Source of the DNA: Klebsormidium nitens
Taxonomy: Eukaryota > Plantae > Klebsormidiophyceae
Length of the DNA stretch: 64,000 nt
Reading direction: 5' to 3'
Assembly (NCBI GenBank): GCA_000708835.1
Contig: DF237389.1
Location: forward strand, 1-64,000
The translations under genes and the position numbers were made by a program. The notes under the pieces are model-generated. The model did not search any database. It saw nothing but the letters and a program-made list of their open reading frames with translations, and was not told where the DNA came from. Below, in pieces: positions 1 through 24,220 of this stretch (position 1 is its first letter; each line of letters begins with the position of its first letter).

Positions 1-2170
1 GAAGCAGACCCGAGGCCGGTCTCTTGGGCATCATGGGGGAGGCTTTGGAATTTACCGTTATTATTATATGGGGGGTTTCCGGAGCATGTTCGAGGCCCTG
101 TTTGAGATCTGCCTATTGGTCGATACGGGCTTTCTGCACGCATCGGAGTCGGAATTGCTCCAAAATCCGAGGAAAGCAGGGCAGGCGGCAGTCCAAAATT
201 TATGAATCTGTCACCCGTGTTCTAGCACATTCGGCGGCAGCTTTCCGGCTTTCCGTCGCGCCCATGACGGCCTATCTGCTCAGCTTCTGTGCGCACTTTG
301 GTGAGCAGTTCGAGGCACTTTGTTGTTGTTTTGCTGCAGTTCTGCTGCTCATTTGTCCGCGCTTGTCCGCTGTTTTGCACCATCTGCCGGGCCCGCGGTC
401 TACAGTTTCCGCAGTTTTCCGGCCATTATGGGCAGCAAATCCTGCAAATGCCCCCTGTTGCCCGGCCTTTGAGACCGGATGCGTCCGCCGTACCCCCGGC
501 CTTCCGGCTCCGGGTCTCTGCATCCTTCTTCTGAGCCTTTCGTGCGAGTTTCTGGGCACATGTGTGCCCGTTTGGGCACAGTTGCGGGACATCTGGGACA
601 GAATGTTTGCGCTGACGGAGCACATGTGGGCGCCGTTTTGGACACGCTGGGGGGCTGAGGTCCGCCTGATCTTCAAGCATTTCCACCTGATGTCTGACTA
701 ATGTTCGGCAAACGCCGCCTGATGTTCGCCTGATGTTCGCCTAATCTCCGCCTGATATTCGCCTAATCTTCGTCTGACCGTTGCCGTTTTTTGGCCGCCG
801 CTGGGGCCGTTTTTGCGAAATTGGCGTGTGAATCGACACCGATGATGTGCGCGTTCGGGCCCAGATTGTTGGGCGGCTTTCACCGATCTGTCACACAAAT
901 CCGCCAGAAGTGCTGCACATTTGCGGCTGAATTGGGGCTGGAAAGCAAGGCGACTAAGGATCGAACCGCGGCTTCTCCGGAGGCCGTTTGGCAATCTGGC
1001 GGCTGATTGCGGGCTGATTGCGGGCTGATCTGCGCGCAAACGGTAGCGGCTCTTCCAGGGCCGGTCTCGCGACTGCGTACTTGTTGTGGATGAGTTCTGA
1101 GACCATCCCAGGCGATTTGGCCACAGGACGCCCGGGTTGGCACCGTTTCCACTCCGCTTTTGGGGCGATTGCGGCCCCATTTGGGTATGCAAGCGGGCGA
1201 CTGTCACCGTGGTTTGGGAGATCCCCGTTTTCGTGCAATGAGATGGGTGGGGACGGTGTCCAGCTCAAACTCGGGCATTTTGCCGACAAACTGGGAGACT
1301 TTCTCCCACAAATGGAAGTGGCGAAAATGACAGGATCGTAATTCCGCCTGTGGCGAAAATGAGAGTTGGCCCCCAAAATTGTGCGTGTGGCTCGGCAAAT
1401 GCTGGCCAATCTGAGACCGTTTGCCAACAGACTCGGCGAAGGCGCAGTTCGATGAACCACTGAGCATTTCCCGGTCCTCTTGAGGCCGAACAGAGGCTGA
1501 GCTGAGGATGAAAGGCAGGTGTTTCAGACCAACTCGACACAGTTTGGAGTCACCCATGGAGCGAAATGTTGGCCGCTGAGGGGTTGGATTTCGTCCTGGT
1601 GCAGCATTTTTGTCGTGAATTTTGATCCCGGCTGTGACCATGCAGCGTCCGGCCAGGCGCAGCTGGCTGGCATTTTGCTGCGGTTCTACAGGCAATTTCT
1701 GGCAATTTGGTGGCAATTTTCGACGAATCTGCGACGCGGAATGCCGGGGGATGTTGGTCCGACTCTGCCAATCTGTCGAGCATTTGTCGAGCCGTGGCGC
1801 GGAGGTGTCCAGCCGAAACGGAGACGGAACAAGGCAGAAGTTGGCGCGATCCGAAGGCAATTGTTTGCTGGTTTCTGCGTGAAAGTTCGGCCGACTGAGG
1901 CCGAATTGCAGCCCGAAGTTGGAAGATTTGGCACCGAGAATCGGGGTTTCGGCCACAGGTTTTCGCCGAAATGAGGCCGAAATGAGGCCGAAATGTGGGC
2001 GTTCGGGGGCCCGCTACAGCCGAAAAACAGCCGAAAATTGGTCAATTCGTTGCCACTTCGAGCGCGGATGGGAGCTGGGCGCGGCCTGGGGAGTACGGAT
2101 CTGCCTGAGCGGACTCCAGATCGGCGAAATTGTATGGCCCGGGCTAAATGGGATAGAGCAAGACTTGATG
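1..2170. repeat. GC-rich, apparently non-coding tract with several 10-11 bp tandem motifs; possible TE-derived sequence
   Basis: No ORF here resembles a known protein and no exon-like splice pattern is visible. Tandem motifs: CGCCTGATGTT-like (716-775), GGCTGATTGCG x3 (1001-1033), GGCAATTT x3 (1691-1720), GCCGAAATGAG x3 (1965-1997). No element termini identified. Confidence 0.35.
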
Positions 2171-3875
2171 TACCGGTAGGACTAACCGATGACTGAGATG
2201 AATGCTGCCATTGCAACCTGCATTTGCCGGAACTCCGGTATATTATGGTCAGGGCCGCTAGCTGCATGTCGCGCCGCGGGAGCACACTTCAGACAATTGT
2301 GTTGGCGGCCGGGAGCAACATTAACGCCCTACTATCGGATTCGATTTGAGATACAAAATAAGTATGAATCAGGCCGAGGAGTTGTGGCTGCATTGTGGCA
2401 TGCACTGTCAGCCAACGTTAACGACAGTACGTGGAGCCTATAGGCCTGCTCAGTGGTTGAGCTTTCACCTACATTTTGACGTGCACTCAATGATCTAGCA
2501 TGTACTAATTAACTTAAGAGAAGACCTAGAATTGTAACCGAATCATAACGCAATCGATATACCCCCCATAACCACCCTAGTAGGTAGCTTGTGTCACTTA
2601 TGGCGGCCGCCTAGGCTATCAATGCTTGAATGTGATTAGCTCGATATACCAGTAAGTTCAGCCGCGATTGCATAAATCAAATTAACGAGTCTGCTTGAAA
2701 GGTTGCGGACGTGCGCCGCAGATAGCTAGTAGGGTCTGCGTCCCATGCGTGCGATAGATGGTGAATGGACTGAACACCCGAATGATGACAGTTGTGCGCG
2801 GGACGTGTAAAGGCCTGCGAGTCCGGTCCATACACGACCTTTCCGATAAGTGAACATAGTTTGGCCTTCGTGCGTCTGGACCGCGCAAAACTAAAAGTAT
2901 CAAAATGGGGATGTCCGTGTTCAGAAGCAAGATTTGCCTATGGTACAACATTGATAAGCTTGCAAAGTCTTCACTTTTGGAGCATGTAAATGGCATGATC
3001 TAGACTCTGTTCAAAGCCCGCAAAAACCGCACTGTCAAGACTACAGAAACAATAAGTAGCATGCAAGCAGTAAGCATCCGGTGCAGCGCCCGCCCCTTTT
3101 CCGCTCGCAATAATCTAGATTTGCAACACCAACTTTTCATGGGTTCCCGTACTGCATCGAAAACGAGAAAATGTCACGACCAAAAGCAGAGGAAGTCGTT
3201 AGAGCACATAGCCGAACGACTTGCGAGCAGCACCATTCAGCGTCCTAGAATATAGCAAGACGAACAGCGAAACCGCATGTGAAAGCGAGACATGCAAAGT
3301 CTCGGCCAAGAAAAACCTACGACTAGTCCTGATGTCAGCGAGGGGCGGTGTGGTTGGAAGGGGGTACCCACCTGGTACGCTGCAGTTCAACATTTTCGAC
3401 GTTTTCAAACTTGAGACTCTTCAACACGTTGCCCGAGCTGCAAAGCCGTAGGACATGCTCAACGCCAGTTCCAGAAGAATAACTGCAATCTGAAGCTGTT
3501 TGCGAAGGACCGTCTTGGCATGCAAGAAGACGGGTATGCAACAAGCCGGCGCTCTCGCTAGAAACGGTGCAGCTTAGCAGAGACTGTTGTGGATCCGGAG
3601 ACAGATCGATTCAACGGGTTCCGAGATGGCAACGATCCGAGTCTCGTCATACATGGTCGCCTTCAAGCCGAGTTCAGTACCAAAACCCAGCAGAGCGATA
3701 CATCTTATGCATCTGTGACCCAGAATTTTCTCAGACACAACATAACGCCTTGGAGACCATCAGCCTTTCACAAGCGTTCCACTTTGGTCCTTCCCGCAAT
3801 CACTTTTATCCTAAGATCATCTCCATAAGTTTTCAAGCGGGAGCAAACTCCGACAGATCGAAGAAAGCCGCGCAC

Positions 3876-6800
3876 CTCGTTCGTTGAATCGACAGCAACT
3901 TGCGCGACGCCACGTCCTGGAAGGTGTTCAGGTAGTTTCGCAGCTTCATTCCGCGCCCCGGAAGGGGAAGCTCTCCCGGAGCGGCCGGAACGGTGGCGAG
4001 CGTCGTCAAATTGTCGGAGCTCTGACTGTGAAGAACGGCCCCCCACTGCTCCCCGGGAATGCGCAGGTACGTGGCAGCAATGAGAGTAGTCAACGCCTTG
4101 TTCACCTGCGGGGAAGAAGAGTTCATCTCTTAAGTACACAAGAGCGAGCGTCGTTAACCTGTCAGAGTCTTCGCTGTAGTAACGGCCCCCCACTGCTACC
4201 CGCGGATGCGAAGATACATGGCCGCAATGAGAGGAGTCAGGGCCTTGTCAATTTGCGGGAGAGGGGAAGGGTTCGGCTCGGGTCAGGAAAGTAGTGAAAA
4301 GCGAATCATCTCCAATCATCTGACCAAACCCTCTTCTGAACAAGGCTCCCGCCTCATGGCGACGAGAAACATTAAGCTGTAAAGAGCGGTGGGTACACCG
4401 CAGAAATTCGTGGTCAGTTCACCAAGCTTCTTTTCCTGATGAGGACTTGGAAGACTCAAGCACGAAGCAGCGAGTTGTGTGCTCGAAAGGAGCAAGAAGT
4501 AAGTATTCGTGCAAAAGAAGAGTTTCACTCTTGCTACCGCGAAAAATGTCCCAAGTGGGCGCTGGCACACGGAGTGCTTAGTGTGAAGATCACCTGGAGA
4601 GGAGGAAATGTTTGCAAGGTAGGGTCTGCAGCGCTGAGAGTAGGGATTCCGGCGTTACAATACAGAGTCTCCGGATTTGAGGAAATTTGTCTTCAGAAAA
4701 TAAGAGAAAAATAAGTCACATAGTTCGTTCGAGGGCTCGAAAGTTCAAAAAATGCCATTTACCAAGGCGGGAAAGCCTTGTTCTCTTGCGCGATTCTTTG
4801 AACAAGCGATTCGAGGTGCCTTTCTCGCAACGGGGCGGTAACTTAGATATTCAAACGTTCGCAGGCAACGCACACAGAACAAAGCAGTCACGGAAACAGG
4901 TGTCAGCAAATGAACCACACCCTCACTAACTTTTTAGCCCAGGTAACGGAAACCGGCAGCGTCTCACTTACCAACCCCAGACTCTCGAAGTGAAGAGGAT
5001 TTCAGAGACATTACCTGTTCGGCAGATTCTCGCAGTACCAGATGCCCCCCGGGCATAACCACCAGTCGCGCGACTGGCGTGAGCCGCTGTGCCAGCTTGT
5101 TCGCATGGTGGACGGAAGCAACAATGTCTCCCCTGGGAAGCAAAGGGATAAGACTTACAGCCTGGTCTAGACTGAGTTTCTAGCAAAACAAAGACACACA
5201 AAGGACAGAGCCAGCTTGTTTCAAATGACGTAGTGTGAGGTGTTCTCGATTGAGTTTCTTAATGAGATTCACAGTCGGGCCTGCTCTGAAACAATCCAAT
5301 GGCGTAAAGCAGGTACTCTCCGTTGCCCGATGAGCGCTCAGCATTTGCACAATCAGGAACTACGTCGTTTGACAAAGCAGCACCAAAACGGATCGTCTCA
5401 ACTTCCGAACACAACTGAAAACCAGGAACCCAAACCAAATGAAGACCTACCGTCCGTGGATGATCGACACGAGGAAGCCCCCAGTGCGGATCGTCTCAAT
5501 CTCCTTGTCATCCACTCGGTGCGTCCAACACGCGTTCTCATGTCCCTTCAACCCGTGCTTCGGCTGCAGCCCCGCCGCAGAAATCGCCTGAACGTATTCC
5601 TTGTACAACACGTCTCGTCGCCGCCCCCCCTCAATCGTTTCCTCCAAGTATTCCTGGGGAGAAAGCAGAGAAGCTGAGCAGTGGAACTCCGATGTGGGCA
5701 GAAAGAAGCTTCGAACACGTCTCGTCACCGGACCCCCTCAATGGGTTCCTCCAAATATGATTCAAGAGAAAGGAGAGGAGCGCCATGATGGTTGGGGTTT
5801 TAAGAACAGGAGGCGTGCAGAGAGGAGCTTGGAACACGTCTCGTCGTCGCCCACCCTCGAACGGATTCTTCAGGTGTTTCTGAGAAACAAGGAGAGAAGC
5901 TGAGCGTGGGGTTCTGATGTGGGCAGTCTTTAAGTTTGAAAGTTGGAGGCGCGCAGAAAGAAGCTTCAGAACAGAGCGCGCAGAGTCGAGTGCGAAAAAA
6001 GGGAGCAAATAGACGTTGTAAAACACGTCTCGTCACTGCTTCACCTCCATAGGTCCCTCCGACTACTCTTGTAGGAGGAGGAGAGAAGCTGAGCAGTGCG
6101 GATCAGAAGTAGGAAAACTTTGAGTTCACAGAGAGGGAGGCGATAAGCGTGATGCTTTGGCAGAATAACTGTGTTGAGGAGAAAGGTGATTCGACGCGGT
6201 AGGATCAAGGTGAAAGAGGTAAGGTCGAGAACTGCAGGACTGGAGGGGAGGCCGTTTGCGCAAGCAGGGGACGGCTGACTCGGTCAGAAAGGCGGGTCAA
6301 GTCGGGTTTCCTTCAAAGTTTTACAGCTCCTAAAGTCAACGGGAGCAATGTCGTGTTTGCAGGAGCGAGACTGTTTTAGAAGCGGCACAAGAGCAGCTTT
6401 GCCAGTACGATTGTATCTGCATTTATCAAGTAAGCTGAGAACAAGTAGCAACGAACTTCGATTTCCAAAGCCTTGCCGGTGCTTGGATTGAGAAGTAATA
6501 TGAGGAAGATGCGGCTTACGGGCGTGAAGTGGCAGTCGAGATCCACGTCAGCGCGCGACTTGGGGTCTTTAGCCTTGAGGAAGCGGTACGAGATGTTGAC
6601 CATTGTCTTGTTCATCTGCACAAAAAAGGTATCAGGAACCATATGTTCGGAACCGACAAGAAGGTGTGGAGAGAAAAGTTGATCGATCCATTTTGCGAGA
6701 GGCAGCTTCCTGTAACGTTTTTGCGCTCGGCAAGGCGCAGGAAGACCACGATAAATCTGGATGTATTGGTGCTCAGATCTCTGCGAAAATATACTCAAAA

Positions 6801-9538
6801 CAATAAGAGCAAGAAAAGCGAAAGACCGCGATGAGCAGTCTGCGGACCAGGAGCTCCGTTCCCCTATATCAGGAGCCTTCTTGCTTTGGTAGGAAAGTGG
6901 CTGTATCGATCAATGATTCAAGTCTTGAAAAAGAACGGCCAAAGATCCCAACTCTGAAAACAAGGCGTTGAGTGCCTAAGAAACTTCGACGGAACCCCAG
7001 ATTGGTCTGACGCTTCATCCTGGTGAAAACCCAACTGAATTTCGGGAACGCTTAACATGCAGAGCCCGAAACCCTTTTCAACAGTCTGCTTGATTAAAGT
7101 AGTAAAGTCACTAAAAGGGTCTTCCGCAGTACAAGATTTGGCTAGGCGACTCAGTCCTTCAGAATGATGCTGTGTTTATTGACTTTCCTAAGCGGTCTAG
7201 AGAAGCTGCCCTTGATGTAAGGACGCTTTATCAGTCCTGGTATCAAACCCATAATGTCCTTACCGCAGGTATACATTCAAAGCCTCCGCCAGTGACGCTG
7301 ATGAGTGCCAAAGACGCAATTCTGTGGGGCGCCATGGCGGCCAATTTGCAGGCGATCATGCCCCCCATCGAGTGCCCAAACACGTGCGCCTTTTCCCACC
7401 CTAGATGGTCCAGCAGGGCGAGGGCGTCTTCCGCCATAATCGTCGTGCTGTGTAAATGATTGAAGTCGTCAATGAAAGTTGGGGTTAATCAGAGTGCGAA
7501 AGCAACGAAAGTCATGTCTGAAAGTTTCATTACATAAAACAACGTGATCTGAACAAGTTATGAAGACAGAGGTTGCTGAGAACCCCACATTGCATATGAT
7601 GAGCGAACAGTCAGATGCCTGTTCATGTCAAGAAACTCTCAAATCCAGACGTCACACAGCCGCTTTGAGATATCGGTTGCATGCAAGCCGGCAGAAATCC
7701 AAGGTGCCCCCCCATCATTTGGCTTTCGTCCGTTACTTCATGATGGGGAGATCGGCTATTTAAACGCTCCAGCTTGGAAAAGCATGAACAATGAGACAAC
7801 GCACCAAGTGATATCCAACAAACACTGACGAATGTGCAGAGGTCTTTCACTCACTTGTAGTCCGACTTCTTCTTTGGGATCGTGCTCCGGCCCACCCCCC
7901 GGTTGTCATACGCACAACACATCCGGCCACCCCCGGGAATTGTGGGCCCCCCGTTTGCATCCCCCGACCCACTTGCTTGCTTCGCCCCATCATCCTCACT
8001 CTTCCCCGCACCGCCCTTGCTGACATCACCAACGCCCTCACTCTTCTCCGCCCCGCCCTTGCTGACATCACCGACGCTCAACGAACTACCCGACGGACTG
8101 AGGCCCACGGAGTCCCTTCTGCCGCTGTCACTCATGCTCTCATCGCTGTCATCGACCTCCAACCCCTCCAGCTCTTCCAGAACCGCTTCCTCCTCTTTTG
8201 ACGCGTGCACTTTTGAGTCCCGATGCTTCTCGGCTCTCGCATTGTCTTCCAACTCTAGTTGCTCGGTGGCGCTCAGCCTGATGTCGCTTCCTGACAACGA
8301 GTGCGTGTTTGGCGAGTTGGGCACGTCTGTGCCCGCCAGTTCTTTCAACTGGTAAGCCCATGCGGCGTGCGTGCCGGCAAGGCCTGCAACGAAAAGATGA
8401 TGTCAGCTTTACTCTATAAAAAGTCTTGGTTGAGCCAGTAAGGAAGATTAAGACTGGTGAGAAAAGAGAGTCTCAGAGGTGAAAGGCAACATGGGCGAGC
8501 ATCTGAGTATGACAAGTGGGCCAAAGGGAACACTGGCAGCGATGTTCGCTATCAAGACATTTCCACATTTCTCTGTCCTAATGTCTTTGTCTTTCTCGCT
8601 CGCTAACCCGCACAATCAGCTGGATCCAAGATCAGACCCATGGCGATTTGTAAGCTCGGTCAAAGGTACTGTTAAGAGCTGAACTTTGCAAGAAATTGGC
8701 AGCAGTGGTGGAAGATATTTTTGGAACCACCTTGCATAGCCAACAAGTGAGAAGCTGCTCAGAATGCAATCTTTTCGTTCAACTACCTGGATGTGAATTA
8801 TGGTCAATAGCATTGCTTTGGCACCAAAAGCTAGAAACATCTGGTGAATAGGGTCCAAAGACTCCTGAAAAGTCTTCGGTGGTGGCGGACTAGAACAAAC
8901 CACCTCCAAAGGCTAAACCGAAAGGAGCATGGCTGAGATCGACTCTTGTGATTTCATGAAGCCTTGCCCACTAAGAGGCTACGCTCAGGACCCCACCGCG
9001 ATCAATCAGACGACCGCCCCACATGTGGAAGCCACGCTAAGAGGGCGATCACATCCAACTTTTAAAGATAATTGATTGCTTTCTTCATTATGGGATGTTT
9101 GCTGGGGACCTTTGTAAATGTGGTGACACTCCAAGCATTGTGCAATCAGTCTGGTCGAGCACAGATGGCTCACCATGATCACAAACTCTCTCAGATACCC
9201 AGTACTCACTGTGAAACTGGCCAAAATACCTATATCTAAGCACTTCGCAAGCCTGGCACAATTGCATGGGCTTTCAGCTAGGGCCAGATTCCTTTGGCAG
9301 GAGTCGGGCGAAATGTCCGCAGAAGAGACTCATAGCAACCTCTCTTTTGTTGGGCACCCACATGCAAGAGCACAGAAGGGCGCCTTCTTGGAAAGGAGCA
9401 CCCAGGACCACAGATGAGCTTCTTACCCATAATCAAGAGGCATTTTGCGTCCCCGCTTCCGTACAACTCGTAAAACAGGTTGACTGGCCGTGTCTTCTTT
9501 CCCTTGGCCCGCTCATGCGACACCTCCAGGAACGGCAT
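3876..9538 (-). CDS. Alpha/beta-hydrolase fold protein, plant At5g53050-like; final exon below 3876 unresolved
   Basis: Spliced exons: 9538-9427 (MPFLEV...LFYELYGSGDAKCLLIMG), 8383-7855 (GLAGTHAAW...AYDNRGVGRS), 7447-7264 (nucleophile elbow GHSMGG), 6615-6520, 5653-5451, 5132-5015 (MPGGHLVLRE, candidate catalytic His), 4105-3876. All junctions are GT-AG and in frame. Confidence 0.88.
4034..4256 (-). repeat. Tandem duplication (period 147 bp) of the acceptor and 5' part of hydrolase exon 7
   Basis: AACGGCCCCCCACTGCT occurs at 4034 and 4181. The intronic copy has GCAAAT instead of GCAG|GT and an in-frame TAG. Confidence 0.85.
5607..6095 (-). repeat. Four tandem units spanning the acceptor of hydrolase exon 5
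   Basis: AACACGTCTCGTC at 5607 (true exon), 5714, 5833 and 6022, each followed by a GAGAAGCTGAGC-like intronic segment. Confidence 0.85.
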
Positions 9539-10109
9539 CTTGCAAGAGGCGCCTTAACGCAGTAAGCGATTGCTCTCACCAGCGTGCTTGATAGAAAGAT
9601 CTAGGTGCTAAGTGGCCCAGACTGTTAGGAATCTGGAGAAACTGCACCGTGCAATGCTACAGGTCTATTCAACCAATTTTGTGCAATAAACTTGGGGCGG
9701 AGCAAAAACCCCACGAAGAACGCGCCTACAGCATTACAAACTTTGACTGCAAACCATAGATTACGGAGGACCCTTCTCCACTACTCTCTCAAAGGATCCC
9801 CTTGGCAGTCTATGAGCGCAACCCTGGAAGAAATTGTCTCGAGGTTGTCGCCAAGGGGAAGATTCTCAGAAGAAAAGAACTCCCCTTTACAAGGCTGCAT
9901 TGGTCAATCATGGAAGTGCAACTGCAAGATGCAAGCCATGCTCGCAACTGCGCTCCTTGCCGGAAAGACAATTGTCCAGTCAAAGGCTCGAAGCACACGT
10001 CATGCAGCATTTCGACGAAAATCCATGTGTTGACTTCCAGATGCGGCACTAAATGCGACTACATCGAACGGCATATGCAGCGTCGCCTTCATGATCGACG
10101 GACAGGAAA

Positions 10110-10162
10110 CTAGATGCTGCCGATCGGGTCTCTCACTCTCCCAAGAGATCGGCAGCATCTAG
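10110..10162. repeat. Perfect 16-bp inverted repeat with a 21-nt loop
   Basis: CTAGATGCTGCCGATC (10110-10125) is the exact reverse complement of GATCGGCAGCATCTAG (10147-10162). Confidence 0.85.
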
Positions 10163-11290
10163 CATAGGTACTCTCACCAGTACACTCTGGAAGCTGGATT
10201 CTGTGCAGTGCGCGGAACCACCATGCACTCGACACCAAACGGGATATTGCCTGGATATTGTTGTCGGCCTATCAGCCGGAACGGTCCTGGCTCCTCACAT
10301 GCAGGCCCCCATCATGGTCCGCAACTGATTACGCACTGATAAGAGCTGGACCTAGCTATTAGCTTGATCCAAAGGTACACAGATTCACAATATATATATG
10401 TTGTATATCTACCATTGTGTGCATATATATAATCTACACGCACGAGCTGGTTGTCATTGCTTGCGATTGGCCCGATCGTGAAACGGACTACCAAACTTGG
10501 ATCATTGATTTGCACTGGATGCATCATGTGACACTTCGATTGTACACCCAACCCTTTCACACGCGCAGATTCATACTAGCCTCGTAATTGGTGGCATACG
10601 TGTAGCAGTAGCTGATTTGTGTCAGTCAGGCGCGCACGAAGTTTCAACAGGCTTTGGGTGTGATCAAGACCATTTCATACACTAGTATGAACACGCCCGC
10701 GGCCTTTATGCAGTGAAAACCAAACCCAAAAGCACAACGGCAGCTGATCAGCGGCCGTTGGACGATCCACGTACGTCATGACCAAGGTGCGTTTCTTGTT
10801 TGTTACGGATTGAATTCTAAGATTTCGAGGCAGTGTTCTCAGTGAGTGACTGGAGCGCTGAAAATGGTTGTCTCTCAACGTCGATCCGTGCTTATCTCGT
10901 ATGTACAATTGATTGGTGCACGGGAAGCCTGCTCTTCCTGTTCTGACATCTGAGCGCTCTGCAGATTTGTGACTCACTCTACACGTTTTGTACTTGACTC
11001 TAGTCTGCGACCAAAAATCTACTAACGACGAACTGTATCTGATCATTTTATAAAAGAGGAATTGCTAAGAGCTTTTTTCTCCGGTCTTTGTCTCTGCCTC
11101 ATCAGGGGCTCATGCCGCAGATGCGCGATTTCGACTATTGTTACACTCCCGACACACATCTATTTTTATGTAAATTTCGTCTTTGAGCACTCACATGAAT
11201 TCTATACTACTCTCACCACCGGTGTATTGACAGCTTATTATGTGGGTTGAGTCCTCTATCTACAAAACTCTGGCCGCATGTCGATCAGGT

Positions 11291-23701
<12,411 letters not shown>

Positions 23702-23884
23702 TGCTTCGCTCGCGACGTGCGTCGATTGGACTTTTCTGAAGACAACTAACAACGAGGACGGACAGCTGCACTGCCGTTGCAGACTCTCTAGAGATGCTAG
23801 CTGCTTTTAGCCGCATTTGCCTCAGGCTCCCTCCCATATGGAAACGCAACCGTGAAAGCTTTTGCTGCTTGCATTGAGCCGGGT

Positions 23885-23899
23885 TTTCTAGAAGCTTTC
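23885..23899. promoter_or_regulatory. Heat-shock-element-like motif in the Hsp70/VLRF1 divergent promoter
   Basis: tTTCt aGAAg cTTTc matches the inverted nGAAn trimer consensus with one mismatch and lies about 185 bp upstream of the Hsp70 ATG. Confidence 0.5.
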
Positions 23900-24220
23900 T
23901 GGTTGGCGACAAGTGGCGCCAGTTGGCTCAGGCTTGCCAAAAGTGAAATGTCATCGGGCTTCCTAACCGTCGATGATACTTTGCCACACGCATTCGACGG
24001 CTTGTAGAATTTGTAGCGAACAATGATGTCCAACTGGCAAGTTTCGATGCCGCACTGGCAGTTTGCTGCCAGAACCTGCTGGAATGTCGGATGTCCCCCG
24101 TCCTAGTTCGCAGCTCGTTTTGCCAGAAGAACGAAGAGCTCTCTCTAGAGTCTAGGGAGGCCCATTTTCTCTGCTGGTGGTGCTCACGGTTACGGCTGCT
24201 GTAATTCTCAAATTGAAGCA

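Noticed and set aside
24-2285. Long ORFs in the first 2.3 kb (225, 250, 199 aa etc.)
   Set aside because: Overlapping on both strands, low-complexity, no recognisable motif or codon bias; expected in GC-rich repeat DNA.
2448-2462. tRNA D-arm/A-box-like GCTCAGTGGTTGAGC
   Set aside because: No downstream T-arm/B-box or acceptor stem.
3555-3875. Specific last exon for the hydrolase
   Set aside because: At least two plausible acceptors (near 3810 and 3660) give different unconserved tails; cannot choose without cDNA.
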